Under the pieces are notes generated by a model, which saw nothing but the letters and a program-made list of their open reading frames with translations, ran no database searches and was not told the DNA's origin. The translations under genes were made by a program, and so were the position numbers. Positions 1 to 10,296 of a stretch of DNA of 64,000 nt are shown piece after piece. Positions within the stretch are counted from its first letter, which is position 1. The number at the start of each line of letters is the position of its first letter. Source of the DNA: an uncultured Chloroflexia bacterium (GTDB taxonomy: Bacteria; Chloroflexota; Limnocylindria; Limnocylindrales; CSP1-4). The stretch is from the NCBI GenBank assembly GCA_963713975.1, contig OY970218.1, positions 2,336,001-2,400,000 on the forward strand. Direction: 5' to 3'.

Positions 1-1
1 G

Positions 2-706
2 ATGCGGCAGGCCGGCGAGATCAGCCGTCGCGACGTGGCATGGGACTTGCGGCTGGGCCTGCGCGACGAGCCCTGGGGAGAGCGGTGGAAGGGATGGGTC
101 GCGCTGCACCGCGACACCGCGGGCACCGTCGACGGGTACGCCCGCTACAAGGCACAGCCCAAGTGGGAGGAGCACCTGCCGCAGGCGACGCTCGAGGTCC
201 CGGAGCTGGTCGGGCTTACGGACGCGGCCTACGCGGATCTCGTGCGGTTCCTCCTCGAGGTGGATCTTGTCAGCACGGTGAAGCTCGAGGGCCGCCGCGA
301 GCAGGAACGGGTTCGTTGGCTCCTGACCAACGCCCGGGCCGCCAGGCCGGCGGAGGCCGGTGACGCCCTCTGGGTGCGCTTGTTCGACCTGCCCCGCGCT
401 CTGGCCGCCCGGACCTATGGGCGGTCGGGCAGCCTCGTGCTCGAGGTTGTCGACGACGTGGCGTGGGGTGGCACGCAGAGGCTGCTGCTGGACGCGTCGC
501 CCGACGGGGCTACCTGCCGCGACACGGACCGCTCGCCCGATCTCACGCTGCCGGTGGCGGCGCTGGGTGGCGCGTACCTCGGTGGCACCCGCCTCCGTGA
601 TCTCGCGATCGGCATCGGGGCGGACGAGCATCGACCTGGCGCGCTCGAGGAGGCCGACGCGCTGCTGCGCACGGTCGATGAGCCGTGGTGCTCGACGTTC
701 TTCTAA
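2..706 (+). CDS. Eis-like GNAT acetyltransferase, C-terminal part (sterol-carrier-like domain); truncated at window edge
   Basis: DGYARY, LWVRLFDLPRALAARTY, LGGAYLGG and C-terminal PWCSTFF are typical of the Eis family. Confidence 0.85.
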   Translation: MRQAGEISRRDVAWDLRLGLRDEPWGERWKGWVALHRDTAGTVDGYARYKAQPKWEEHLPQATLEVPELVGLTDAAYADLVRFLLEVDLVSTVKLEGRREQERVRWLLTNARAARPAEAGDALWVRLFDLPRALAARTYGRSGSLVLEVVDDVAWGGTQRLLLDASPDGATCRDTDRSPDLTLPVAALGGAYLGGTRLRDLAIGIGADEHRPGALEEADALLRTVDEPWCSTFF

Positions 707-769
707 GCCGCCGAGGACCTCCAGGCAGCCTCGGTCGCCCACCCGCACCCGGCACCGTCGAGGGCCCCG

Positions 770-812
770 TTGACGAATCGGCCGGTAATTCCGATAATTC
801 TGCTAGGGATTA
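770..812 (+). promoter_or_regulatory. sigma70 promoter (TTGACG-N17-GATAAT) overlapped by a 27-bp Rrf2/CymR-like operator TAATTCCGATAATTCTGCTAGGGATTA
   Basis: -35 at 770-775, -10 at 793-798; AT-rich imperfect inverted repeat at 786-812 upstream of sufB. Confidence 0.7.
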
Positions 813-894
813 GCCCGCGACCCACGTCCCGGGGTCGCGGCACTCCCGCAGCGACGACCCTCACGTGCGGCCGCCGGCCCTGATCGGAGCAGCG

Positions 895-2298
895 ATGACC
901 TCGACCCGCGACCTCGTCAAGGACGAGCGCGACCAGTTTGCCTTCCACGACGACATCGTCTACCTCGCGGAGACCAAGCGCGGCCTGACGCAGGAGACCG
1001 TCGAGGAGATCAGCCGGTTCAAGGACGAGCCGGACTGGATGCTGCAGTACCGCCTCCGCGCGTACGACCACTTCGTGAAGCGGAAGATGCCAACCTGGGG
1101 CGGCCGCCTCGCGGACATCGATCTCGACAAGATCGTCTACTACCGCAAGCCGTCCGAGCGCGAGGAGAAGTCCTGGGACGACGTCCCGGAGCAGATCAAG
1201 GCGACGTTCGAGAAGCTGGGCATCCCGGAGGCCGAGCGCAAGTTCCTCGCCGGCGTCGGCGCCCAGTACGACTCCGAGGTGGTCTACCACTCGGTTCGCG
1301 AGGAGTTGTCCAAGATCGGTGTCGTGTTCATGGGCACCGACCAGGCGCTCAAGGAGTACCCGGAGATCTTCCGCAAGTACTTCGGCACGGTGGTTCCCGC
1401 CGAGGACAACAAGTTCGCCGCCCTCAACGCGGCCGTGTGGTCCGGCGGCTCCTTCGTGTACGTGCCCAAGGGCGTCGAGGTCCCGCTTCCGCTCCAGGCC
1501 TACTTCCGCATCAACGGCGAGAACACCGGCCAGTTCGAGCGGACGCTGATCGTGGTGGACGAGGGCGCCAAGGTCCACTACATCGAGGGCTGCACGGCCC
1601 CGATCTACGCGACGGATTCGCTCCACGCGGCCGTCGTGGAGGTCGTCGCGCTGGCCGGCTCGAAGGTGCGCTACACGACGATCCAGAACTGGTCCAACGA
1701 CGTCTACAACCTCGTGACCAAGCGCGCCCACGCCTACGAACGATCGACGGTCGAGTGGGTCGACGCGAATACCGGCTCGCGTCTGACGATGAAGTACCCG
1801 GCGATCTACCTGCGGGGCGAGGGAGCCACGGCCGAGGTCATCTCGGTCGCGGTCGCCGGGCGTGGCCAGCACCAGGACACCGGAGCCAAGGCCGTCCACC
1901 TGGCGTCCAACACCACCTCCCGGATCGTGTCCAAGTCCGTGTCCAAGGACGGCGGCCGGGCAACGTACCGTGGCCAGTTGCGCGTCGCCCCCGGGGCCAC
2001 CGGCGTCACGGCCAGCGTGCGCTGCGACGCCCTGATGCTCGATGATCAGAGCCGCAGCGACACCTACCCCTACATCGACATCCAGGAAGACGACACGACG
2101 ATGACCCACGAGGCCACCGTCGGCAAGGTCTCCGCGGACCAGGTCTTCTACCTGATGAGCCGTGGCCTGACGGAAAACGAGGCGACGAACCTCATCGTGC
2201 AGGGCTTCCTCGAGGTATTCACGAAGGAGCTCCCGATGGAGTACGCGATCGAGTTCAACCGGCTCGTCAAGCTGGAGATGGAGGGGTCACTGGGATGA
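895..2298 (+). CDS. sufB: Fe-S cluster assembly scaffold SufB
   Basis: [52 protein letters not shown]; ATG at 895 after GGAG. Confidence 0.97.
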   Translation: MTSTRDLVKDERDQFAFHDDIVYLAETKRGLTQETVEEISRFKDEPDWMLQYRLRAYDHFVKRKMPTWGGRLADIDLDKIVYYRKPSEREEKSWDDVPEQIKATFEKLGIPEAERKFLAGVGAQYDSEVVYHSVREELSKIGVVFMGTDQALKEYPEIFRKYFGTVVPAEDNKFAALNAAVWSGGSFVYVPKGVEVPLPLQAYFRINGENTGQFERTLIVVDEGAKVHYIEGCTAPIYATDSLHAAVVEVVALAGSKVRYTTIQNWSNDVYNLVTKRAHAYERSTVEWVDANTGSRLTMKYPAIYLRGEGATAEVISVAVAGRGQHQDTGAKAVHLASNTTSRIVSKSVSKDGGRATYRGQLRVAPGATGVTASVRCDALMLDDQSRSDTYPYIDIQEDDTTMTHEATVGKVSADQVFYLMSRGLTENEATNLIVQGFLEVFTKELPMEYAIEFNRLVKLEMEGSLG

Positions 2299-3689
2299 CG
2301 GAGGTCGCCCAACCCTCGTCCCTCGCCGGCGGCACCGCCCGTCCGCCGCGCAGGGCCCCCGCCGATCTGCCGTTCACGTTCGTCAACCGGTCGCTCGTCG
2401 ACGCGATCTCGAGTGCGGCCGCGGAACCCGCGTGGCTGCGCGAGGACCGGCTCGCCGCCCTGACCGCCTTCGAGGCGCTGCCGGTGGAGGGCAACCTCCT
2501 GTACACGCCGTACGTGGACCTCCGCGCCGCGTCCCTCGATGGGGCCGTCCCGTACGCTGCCACGGTGGCGAACCCACTCGTGGGCGACCGCCCCGAGGAG
2601 GTCGCGGGGCTCCTGGAGATCAGCGAGGACGGCGTCGCCGTCGGCTCGCTGGACGATGCGGCCCGAGGGGCCGGTGTCCGGCTGACCACGCTGGCCGATC
2701 TCGTCGCCCGCGACGAGGCGCTTGCGCGTGAGCTGCTCGAGGGTGCGCCGCTCCTGCCGTCCGGCGAGAAGCTCGCGGAGCTCTCGCGTGCGGCATGGAC
2801 CCAGGGCGTCGTCGTGCACGTCCCCGCCGGCGTTCGTGTAGAGCGGCCCATCGTGCTGCGTTGGTCGCTCGGTGCGCCCCGGACGCTGATCGGCCGGACG
2901 CTCATCGTCCTCGGCGACGGGGCAGAGGCCACCGTGGTGGAGGAGCTCGTCACCGGTGACGGGGTCCAGCCCGGTGCGCAGGCGCTCCTGTCCGCCACGA
3001 CGGAGATCCGTCTCGGTGCCCATGCCCGGCTGGCGATGGCCAGCCTCCAGGAGCTGGGGCCCGACCAAGTGGTCTTCCAGCAGCGCCGGGCCGACATCGG
3101 TGAGGGTGCCGACCTGCGCTGGGCGCTCGCGCAGCTCGGCGGCCGCCTCGTGCGCTCGCGGGTCGACAACGTGCTGACCGGCGACCGGAGCACGGTCGAG
3201 CAGGTCGAGATCGTGTTCGGCTCTGACGACCAGCTGCACGACCTCACCTCGTATACGCGCCATGTCGGGCACGACACCACGGGACAGCTACTCAGCAAGG
3301 GCGTCCTCCTGGACAGGGCCCGGACCTACATGAAGGGCCTGATCCAGATCGAGAAGTCCGCCATCGGGACGGACAGCTTCCTGGGCGAGTTCGGGATGAA
3401 CCTCTCGAAGGCGGCCCGCGCCGTGGCCATCCCGTCGCTCGAGATCGACCAGCCCGACTGCCGCCGGGCCATGCACAGCTCGTCGGTGGGGCCGATCGAC
3501 GAGACCCAGCTGTTCTACCTGGAGAGCCGCGGCATCCCGCCGGACGAGGCCCGCAAGTTCATCGTGCTCGGGTTCCTGGAGCCGGTGGTCGCCCGGGTGC
3601 CGCTTGAGGAGGCGCAGGATCGCCTGCGCGAGGCGCTGGAGGCCAAGTGGGCCTCCGGGCTCGCGACAGGCACTGTGACGGCGGCCTGA
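2295..3689 (+). CDS. sufD: Fe-S cluster assembly protein SufD
   Basis: SufBD beta-helix; PSLEI...[19 protein letters not shown]; ATGA overlap with sufB. Confidence 0.9.
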   Translation: MTEVAQPSSLAGGTARPPRRAPADLPFTFVNRSLVDAISSAAAEPAWLREDRLAALTAFEALPVEGNLLYTPYVDLRAASLDGAVPYAATVANPLVGDRPEEVAGLLEISEDGVAVGSLDDAARGAGVRLTTLADLVARDEALARELLEGAPLLPSGEKLAELSRAAWTQGVVVHVPAGVRVERPIVLRWSLGAPRTLIGRTLIVLGDGAEATVVEELVTGDGVQPGAQALLSATTEIRLGAHARLAMASLQELGPDQVVFQQRRADIGEGADLRWALAQLGGRLVRSRVDNVLTGDRSTVEQVEIVFGSDDQLHDLTSYTRHVGHDTTGQLLSKGVLLDRARTYMKGLIQIEKSAIGTDSFLGEFGMNLSKAARAVAIPSLEIDQPDCRRAMHSSSVGPIDETQLFYLESRGIPPDEARKFIVLGFLEPVVARVPLEEAQDRLREALEAKWASGLATGTVTAA

Positions 3690-4030
3690 GCAGGGTCATC
3701 GACCTCCTCGGCGTTGACGAGCTCGAGGAGGGGGAGATGCGAATGGTCTGGGTGGACCAGACCGATCCGGTGCTGGTCGTGCACCTCAACGACGAGTTCA
3801 CCGCGATGCAGGGCACGTGCTCGCACGAGTACTTCGAGCTGGACCGCGGGTTCCTGACCGCCGGCACGCTGACCTGCGCCCTGCACCTGTCCCGCTTCGA
3901 CCTGTCGGACGGCGAGCCGCTGGACCCGCCCGCCGAGATGCCGCTCGCCGTGTACCCGGTGGAGATCGTGGACGGCCGGGTGACGATCGAGGTGGCGGAC
4001 GGGCCACTCGAGGTCAACGAGGAGGCGTAG
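3686..4030 (+). CDS. Rieske [2Fe-2S] ferredoxin (probable CTG start overlapping the sufD stop)
   Basis: CSH...CALH Rieske ligands, SRFDLSDG, PPA, YPV. Confidence 0.88.
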   Translation: MSRVIDLLGVDELEEGEMRMVWVDQTDPVLVVHLNDEFTAMQGTCSHEYFELDRGFLTAGTLTCALHLSRFDLSDGEPLDPPAEMPLAVYPVEIVDGRVTIEVADGPLEVNEEA

Positions 4031-4078
4031 GACAGGTGCGCGGCCTGCGCCCGTCGCCCGGCAGCTCCATCGCCGGCG

Positions 4079-4786
4079 TCAGTCGATCAGGGTCCCGCCG
4101 TTGATGTCCACGATCTCGCCCGTGATGTAGCCGGCCTCGGAGCTGGCGAGGAACGCGACCAGCGCGGCGACCTCGTCCGTGGTTCCCAGGCGGCCGACGG
4201 GCACGCGTCCCGCGAGGTCGCGCTGCCCCCCGAGGAGCTCGGTGTCGATCAGCGCCGGCGCCACCACGTTGGCCGTGACCCCGTCCCGGGCATACTCGGC
4301 GGCGACCGATTTCACGAGCGTCATGAGGCCGGCCTTGGACGCCGCGTAGGCCGCCGAGCGGGCTCCGCCGGACTTGCCGGCGGCCGCCCCAACCCCGATA
4401 ACGCGCCCGTATCCCTGCTGGCGCATCCCGGGCATCGCACGGCGGATCGCCAGGAACGGGCCGGTCAGGTTGATCGAGAGGGTCCGCTCCCAGAGCTCGG
4501 TCGATGTCTCGGTGAGCGGGACCAGGGGCAGGATCCCTGCGTTGAGCACGAGGACCGTGACCGGGCCAAGCTCCGCCTCGATCCGGGCGAACGCGGCGTC
4601 GATCGCGGCCTCGTCGCTGACATCCGCCTCGATGCCCAGGAGCCCGGGCTCGTCCGGCGGCGTGAGGTCCAGCGCGGCAACCAGGGCGCCGTTGGCGGCG
4701 AGCACCTGGGCGACGCGCAGGCCGATGCCCCGACCGGCGCCCGTGACGAGCGCGACGCGATCCTGCAGTCCATCGACCCTGACCAT
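4079..4786 (-). CDS. Short-chain dehydrogenase/reductase (FabG-like)
   Basis: TGAGRGIG, NAG, YAASK, GYITGE; own GGAGG RBS upstream of ATG at 4786. Confidence 0.9.
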   Translation of the reverse strand: MVRVDGLQDRVALVTGAGRGIGLRVAQVLAANGALVAALDLTPPDEPGLLGIEADVSDEAAIDAAFARIEAELGPVTVLVLNAGILPLVPLTETSTELWERTLSINLTGPFLAIRRAMPGMRQQGYGRVIGVGAAAGKSGGARSAAYAASKAGLMTLVKSVAAEYARDGVTANVVAPALIDTELLGGQRDLAGRVPVGRLGTTDEVAALVAFLASSEAGYITGEIVDINGGTLID

Positions 4787-4845
4787 GGGATCCTCCACGT
4801 TATCGCCTGCAGTCGCCGGGCACCGTCCCGGATCGTAACGGTAGC

Positions 4846-5812
4846 TCAGACCATCGGGCCGGCGTCGGTCTCCGCGACGGGCTCGAAATCGCCCCTCGGA
4901 TCGGACCTGCAGCACCAGGGCTCCAGCGAGCACGAGGGCGCCGCCCACGATCTGCACCGGCACGAGGGCTTCGCCCAGCCATGCGGCAGCAAGGAGCACG
5001 CCCACCACCGGCTCGAGCAGCATCAGGATCCCCGTCTGCGTACCCCCGATGGTCCGGATCGCGGTGAGGAACAGCAGCGACGACAGGCCGGCCGACGCGA
5101 CGCCGGCCAGGATCAGGGCCGGCCACGGGTCGACCGATCGGAACGGCACCATGAGCGCGTCGCCCTGGCCGGCAAGCAGGGCGATGACGAAGGCCCCCAC
5201 GATGGACGTCGCCAGGATCACCAGGGTCGCGGCGTCCGCCGGAACCTGCGAGTAGCCGCCGCGGCTCACGCTCACGAACACAACCTGGCTTGCCGCGGCG
5301 GCCAGGCCCAGGAGGATCCCCAGCGGGTTCACCGAGAGCCCAGCCGAGCCGCTCATCCCACCGACGAGGACCAGCACCACACCACCGAACGAAAGGAGCA
5401 GGGCGAGCGCCCGTGGTGTGGTCATCCGTTCGCGACCCAGGGCAATGTCCACCACGACCACGCCGGCGGGGTAGAGGTAGAACAGCATCAGCGCCAGGGC
5501 GATGGGGACCAGTCCAAACGCGGTGAAGATCGAGACGTTGAGGGTCACCCCCATGATCGCGGCCGTGGCGAGGGCGAGGCGTCCGCGGCCGGACAGCCCG
5601 CGGATGGCTCCAACCGACGGGCGGGCCCGGCCCCTGGCAGTGATCAGGATCGCCAGGAACGCCACCCCCAGGATGGCGCGCCATGCGGTGAAGGCCACGC
5701 CCGTGACACCGGCGTCGGCGCCGAAGCGGGCAAGGGGCCCCAGCATGCCGAACAGGGCCGCCGCGGAAACGGCGGCCAGCGTGCCGATCAGCGGTGCGCG
5801 ATCACGGGGCAT
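4846..5812 (-). CDS. EamA/DMT transporter with a +1 frameshift near the 3' end that fuses it to the SDR in the ORF track
   Basis: About 10 TM helices, LFYLYP, LLEPVVG; removing one base of the G-run at 4892-4895 gives SEGDFEPVAETDAGPMV* ending at 4846. Confidence 0.85.
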
Positions 5813-5848
5813 GACGGCACATGGTAGCGGCCGCGCTCGCAGCCTGAG

Positions 5849-6583
5849 TCAGGGCCGGGAGCGCCGACGGCCGGCGAGGCCGACAAGGGTGCGTGCCGTC
5901 CAGGTCCCGACGTAGGCCCCGATCACGCCGCCGAAGACCGCGCCCAAGGCGATCGTGCCCACGACCGTGGGGCCGGTGAGCTCGAGCGCCAGGCCCACCC
6001 CGGCCGTACCGCCGAGGAGCGTCCCCGCGATTCCGGCCATGACCTCCGCGACCTGCCGCCGGGTCACCGTCACGAGGTCCGCCGGATCCTCGGCACGGTG
6101 GCGCCAGCGCAGGACCGGCGGCAGGAGCCAGGCCGTGCCGGCCGCCATGAGCAGGATCCCGGCTCCGGCCATCCACAGGCCCGGGGCGATGCCCCCGGAG
6201 CCACCCCGGCGCTCCCACGCGCCGATCTCCTCCAGCGCGGCTCGCTGTCCGTTGACCCACGTGGCGGCGGCGAGCAGGACCAGCATGGCGGGCGCGATGC
6301 GGACCGTGCGGATGCGCGACGTTGCGGCGGTGCGATGGAGGGTGAGCACCCCGGCCCCGAGTGACACCAGGATCAGCATCAGGCCGTCGCCGGCTCCAGC
6401 CAGGCCGCTGAAGAACACGGGCTCCACGCCCAGCTGGCCCGGCGCGGCTCCCTCCGCCCATGGCATCAGTCCCGCGACCACGGCCGCAGCCGCCCCGATC
6501 CCCACGACGATCCGCGCCGGGGTCAGGAGCAGCGAGGCAAATCGGTGGCCCCTGGTGGGCTCCCAGCGCATCCATTCCTGCAT
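5849..6583 (-). CDS. Hypothetical multi-pass membrane protein
   Basis: About 6 Gly/Ala-rich hydrophobic segments; GC3-biased frame. Confidence 0.7.
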   Translation of the reverse strand: MQEWMRWEPTRGHRFASLLLTPARIVVGIGAAAAVVAGLMPWAEGAAPGQLGVEPVFFSGLAGAGDGLMLILVSLGAGVLTLHRTAATSRIRTVRIAPAMLVLLAAATWVNGQRAALEEIGAWERRGGSGGIAPGLWMAGAGILLMAAGTAWLLPPVLRWRHRAEDPADLVTVTRRQVAEVMAGIAGTLLGGTAGVGLALELTGPTVVGTIALGAVFGGVIGAYVGTWTARTLVGLAGRRRSRP

Positions 6584-6619
6584 GTCGACGGCCAGTATGG
6601 CCCGGACCGCCCGGGGCGC

Positions 6620-7618
6620 TCAGCGCGGAAGGATCGTCCCGAGGCCCCGCTCCGCAGCCGCCTCGAGGATGGCCGAGCCGAAGACCACGTCGGCGAGCCC
6701 GGTCCCGAGGTGCGTGACCACCACCCTGCCCGATGGGCGGGCGAGCCCGTCCGCCAGTGCCTCGCCCAGCATCGCCGACGGGTCCGGATAGCCGTCGAAG
6801 CTGCCGAGCTCCCGGTTGGCCAGGAACTGGCCCGTGTGGTCCACGAGGAACAGGTCGGCGTCGCGCGCGACCTCGGCCGCGCAGTAGGTCGCATAGTCGA
6901 CCGGCACGACCAGGGCGTGCGGCACCAGCCAGTCGTTGGTCATGACCTGGCGCTCGGGCGGCGGGACGAACGAGGCCACCGTGACCACGACATCCGCTCC
7001 CTCGACGGCGTCGCGCGCCGAGGTCGCCACGACCGCTGCTCCGACGCCCGGCGTCCTGCGTGCCAGGTCGGCCAGGCCGGCGGCCCGCCCCGGATCGCGG
7101 TCGAACACCGCCAGCTGGACGCCCGGCAGCACATGCCCCAGGACCGCGACGTGGCTGCGGCCCTGGACGCCTGCGCCGACCAGGGTGGCCCGCGGAGCGT
7201 GCGACACACGAGGCGCGAAGGCGCGGATCGCCACGCCACTGACCGCCGCCGTCCGCTCGGCCGTGATCGGCCCCGCGTCAAGGATCGCGACCGGCACGGT
7301 CGTCACGGGGTCATTGAGCACCAGCAGCCCGTGGATGCCGGCCAGGCCGGCCGCGTTGTTGGCCGGGTTGCCGGAGACCCACTTCATCCCGAGGCGGTCA
7401 CCGGTTCCGTCGGCAGCCGCCCCGGGCAGGAGCGCGGGCATCGCGTGGGCGAACGACATCGCCGGCCGGGGGTGGACCCCGATCTTGGGCGGCAGCTCGG
7501 CTCCCCCGGCCAGCCCGCGCAGGGTCAGATCTGCGAGGGCAAGCCGTTCAGGCACCGACGGCATGGCCGCCACGACATCGTCGGCGGTGAGATAGCGAAG
7601 CGCCGGCAGCTGGGTCAT
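6620..7618 (-). CDS. Ornithine cyclodeaminase/mu-crystallin family protein
   Basis: AMPA, GMKWVS, ITAERTAAVS, GAGVQG, GTGLADV. Confidence 0.9.
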   Translation of the reverse strand: MTQLPALRYLTADDVVAAMPSVPERLALADLTLRGLAGGAELPPKIGVHPRPAMSFAHAMPALLPGAAADGTGDRLGMKWVSGNPANNAAGLAGIHGLLVLNDPVTTVPVAILDAGPITAERTAAVSGVAIRAFAPRVSHAPRATLVGAGVQGRSHVAVLGHVLPGVQLAVFDRDPGRAAGLADLARRTPGVGAAVVATSARDAVEGADVVVTVASFVPPPERQVMTNDWLVPHALVVPVDYATYCAAEVARDADLFLVDHTGQFLANRELGSFDGYPDPSAMLGEALADGLARPSGRVVVTHLGTGLADVVFGSAILEAAAERGLGTILPR

Positions 7619-7673
7619 GGCCGCAGTGTAGGCTCGCCGGTCGGATCGCCTCCACCTTGGGTAGTCTGGGAGC

Positions 7674-8891
7674 GTGAACATCGCGCAGAGCCTCGAGAAC
7701 CTGCGACTTGAGCAGGATGCGATCGCCCTCTACGACGCGCTGGCCGGCATCGAGAAGGAGCCACGACGCGCCGAGGCCTTCCGCCACATCGCGGACAACG
7801 AGCGGCGCCATGCCGCCATCTGGGCGACGCGACTCCGAGAGCTGGGGGCCACGGTTCCCCCTCCCGCCCCGCCACGGTGGCGCGTCCGGCTGATCATCGT
7901 CGGGGCACGCATGTTCGGGACGCGCGCGGTCTCGGATCTCGTCAAGGCCCTCGAGGGCGACGAGGTGGAGGTCTACGACGCCCAGGAGGCGAACCCCGAG
8001 ATCGAGGCGATCGCTGCCGACGAACGCGAGCATGCCGAGATCTGGAAACGGCTCGATGACGAGCCCAGGGACAAGGGCGCGTCCGGCGGCGCCAGGGGTC
8101 GGGCCCGGCGCCAGACGGCCACCGAGGTGGTCACCAGCTCGGACCACCCCGCCGTCGACGGCGATGCCGGCGGTTCGGAAGCGATTGCGAAGGGCGAGGC
8201 CTGGCACCGGGGAGGCGCCCGCTCCGGAACCCTCCGCGCGATCATCTTCGGGGTCTCCGACGGACTGGTCTCCAACCTCTCGCTGGTCATGGGCGTCGCC
8301 GGTGCCTCCGACCAGGGCAGCCTCATCCTCCTGGCCGGGATTGCCGGCCTGCTCGCGGGCGCGTTCTCCATGGCGGCCGGCGAGTACATCTCGATGCAGA
8401 GCCAGCGGGAGCTGTTCGAGCGCCAGATCGCGCTGGAGCGAGCGGAGCTTGAAGCGATGCCCGAGGAGGAGCAGAGGGAGCTCGCGGCCATCTACGTGGC
8501 CAAGGGCTTCCCGCGCGACGAGGCCGAGCGGATCGCGGCCCGGGTGTTCCGCGACCCGGAGCTTGCGCTCGACACGCTCGTCCGCGAGGAGCTGGGCCTG
8601 GATCCCGATGAGCTGGGGTCGCCCTGGGGCGCGGCGTCCGGATCCTTCCTGGCGTTCGCGGTCGGCGCGATCATCCCGGTGCTCCCGTACCTGGTCGCCA
8701 GCGGCACGACCGCGTTCCTGGCGAGCCTCGGCCTGAGCCTGATCGCCCTGTTCGGCGTCGGCGCCGCGGTCAGCCTGCTGACCGGGCGGAGCATGCTCTA
8801 CAGCGGCTTCCGGCAGATGGGCATCGGCGCTGCGGCCGCCGCCGTGACCTACGCCGTCGGTACGGTGATAGGTGTGGGGGTGGGCGGGTGA
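7674..8891 (+). CDS. VIT1/CCC1 iron transporter with N-terminal ferritin/rubrerythrin-like domain
   Basis: Two ExxH motifs (ERRH, EREH); IFGVSDGLVSN, SMAAGEYISM, EELG. Confidence 0.92.
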   Translation: MNIAQSLENLRLEQDAIALYDALAGIEKEPRRAEAFRHIADNERRHAAIWATRLRELGATVPPPAPPRWRVRLIIVGARMFGTRAVSDLVKALEGDEVEVYDAQEANPEIEAIAADEREHAEIWKRLDDEPRDKGASGGARGRARRQTATEVVTSSDHPAVDGDAGGSEAIAKGEAWHRGGARSGTLRAIIFGVSDGLVSNLSLVMGVAGASDQGSLILLAGIAGLLAGAFSMAAGEYISMQSQRELFERQIALERAELEAMPEEEQRELAAIYVAKGFPRDEAERIAARVFRDPELALDTLVREELGLDPDELGSPWGAASGSFLAFAVGAIIPVLPYLVASGTTAFLASLGLSLIALFGVGAAVSLLTGRSMLYSGFRQMGIGAAAAAVTYAVGTVIGVGVGG

Positions 8892-9205
8892 TCGACGACG
8901 ACCTCCGTGCCCGCCTGCGCCAGGAAGGGCTGGACGCCGGCGCCTGGTCGAACGGGCCGCTGGACCGGTACTCGCCCCACGGACACGACTACGACAAGGT
9001 GCTGGCGTGCGAGTCGGGCTCGATCCGCTTCGGGCTGCCGGACCGGGGGGTGACCATCGACCTCGAGGCCGGGGACCGCCTCGACCTGCCGGCGGGCACG
9101 CGGCACGATGCCGTCGTTGGACGAGAGGGCGTGACCTGCCTGGAGGCACACCTGCCGGCCGGCAGCCTGGCGCAGTTGCGGCGGCACGCCGCCGGGACCT
9201 GGTAG
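8888..9205 (+). CDS. Cupin domain protein
   Basis: HGHDYDKVL...GD.L.LPAGTRH.A.VG; GTGA overlap with VIT1. Confidence 0.85.
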   Translation: MIDDDLRARLRQEGLDAGAWSNGPLDRYSPHGHDYDKVLACESGSIRFGLPDRGVTIDLEAGDRLDLPAGTRHDAVVGREGVTCLEAHLPAGSLAQLRRHAAGTW

Positions 9206-9227
9206 GCCGGGTCGTTCCGGCCGGCGG

Positions 9228-10178
9228 TCAGGGCAGGCTGCCTACCGCCACCAGCGCATCGGGCGCCAGCTCCAGCTCGTAGGACGGGACGGCGGCCGGC
9301 ACGACCAGCGTCTCCCATGTGTCGATCGCCTCGAGCCACCGGCCGCCATCGGTGCCATCGGTGCCACCTGCGGCCGCCCCGCCCACGAGGGCCGTCACGA
9401 CCTCCGGGCCGTCGCCCGCGGGCCTGCGCACTACCCGGGACGGACCCCTGAGGAGCTCGAGCCGGAACTGCGGCACCTCGAGCACCCCACTCACCAGGAG
9501 GAAGTTGGTGCCGACGGGCACCGCGTGGCGTCCCGGATCGACGGTGCGCAGCGCCTCCGCGACGTGCAGGTCGCGGCCGGTCGGCCGCCCCCAGTCCGAG
9601 ATGCGGAACGTGAGGTCGGACGGCTGCTCGATCTCGTAGACGAAGGTGTCGGCGCCGATCGCGTGCAGGGTGCCCGCCCCCAGGAGCAGGGTGTCCCCGG
9701 GCGTGGCCGGCTCGTGCCGGCAGTGCTCGTGCGAGACGGTGCCATCGGCGATCGCGGCCATCAGCGCCCCATCCTCGAGGTCCTCCCGAGGTCCCGTGAC
9801 CAGCTCCGCGCCCCGTCCCGCATCGATCACCACCCAGGCCTCGACCTTGCCGACGGCGGCCGGTCCGTACAGCTCGCGTGCGAGCACGTCGTCGGGATGC
9901 ACCTGGAGCGACAGCCAGTCGGCTGCGTCGATGAGCTTCACCAGCAGCGGGAACCGGGCGCCGAGGAGCGCCATTCCGCGCCGGCCGACCAGGGTTTCGC
10001 CCATCGCCGCCGCGAGCTCGTCCAGCGTGCTGGGCCCGCCGGCGGTCGGCACGACCGAGGCAGGGCCGGCGAGCCACAGCTCACCGATGTGCGCCTCCGC
10101 GGGCCCAAGCCTCGCGCCGGCCCATGGCCGGACGCTGGGCTCAGGGACCGGTCTCATGGGGCGCAGGGGACTGGGCAT
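9228..10178 (-). CDS. manA: Mannose-6-phosphate isomerase, class I
   Basis: IGELW, FPLLVKLID, LSLQVHP, KVEAW, GTLHAIG, EIEQPSD. Confidence 0.88.
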   Translation of the reverse strand: MPSPLRPMRPVPEPSVRPWAGARLGPAEAHIGELWLAGPASVVPTAGGPSTLDELAAAMGETLVGRRGMALLGARFPLLVKLIDAADWLSLQVHPDDVLARELYGPAAVGKVEAWVVIDAGRGAELVTGPREDLEDGALMAAIADGTVSHEHCRHEPATPGDTLLLGAGTLHAIGADTFVYEIEQPSDLTFRISDWGRPTGRDLHVAEALRTVDPGRHAVPVGTNFLLVSGVLEVPQFRLELLRGPSRVVRRPAGDGPEVVTALVGGAAAGGTDGTDGGRWLEAIDTWETLVVPAAVPSYELELAPDALVAVGSLP

Positions 10179-10243
10179 GAGCAGGAGGAGCCTCCGGCGT
10201 GCGCTGTGGAAGTGGCATTGTAGGGCGGAGGGTCCGGGGAACG

Positions 10244-10275
10244 ACGAACGCCCCGGCCGGAGCCGGGGCGTTCGT
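10244..10275 (-). terminator. Intrinsic terminator hairpin (perfect 14-bp stem)
   Basis: ACGAACGCCCCGGC-CGGA-GCCGGGGCGTTCGT just downstream of the small ORF 10297-10431. Confidence 0.75.
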
Positions 10276-10296
10276 GCAGTAGGCTGTGGAGTACGC

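Noticed and set aside
4079-5812. 577-aa EamA-SDR fusion as a novel domain architecture
   Set aside because: The linker is off-frame, the SDR has its own RBS, and a single-base correction restores two normal genes
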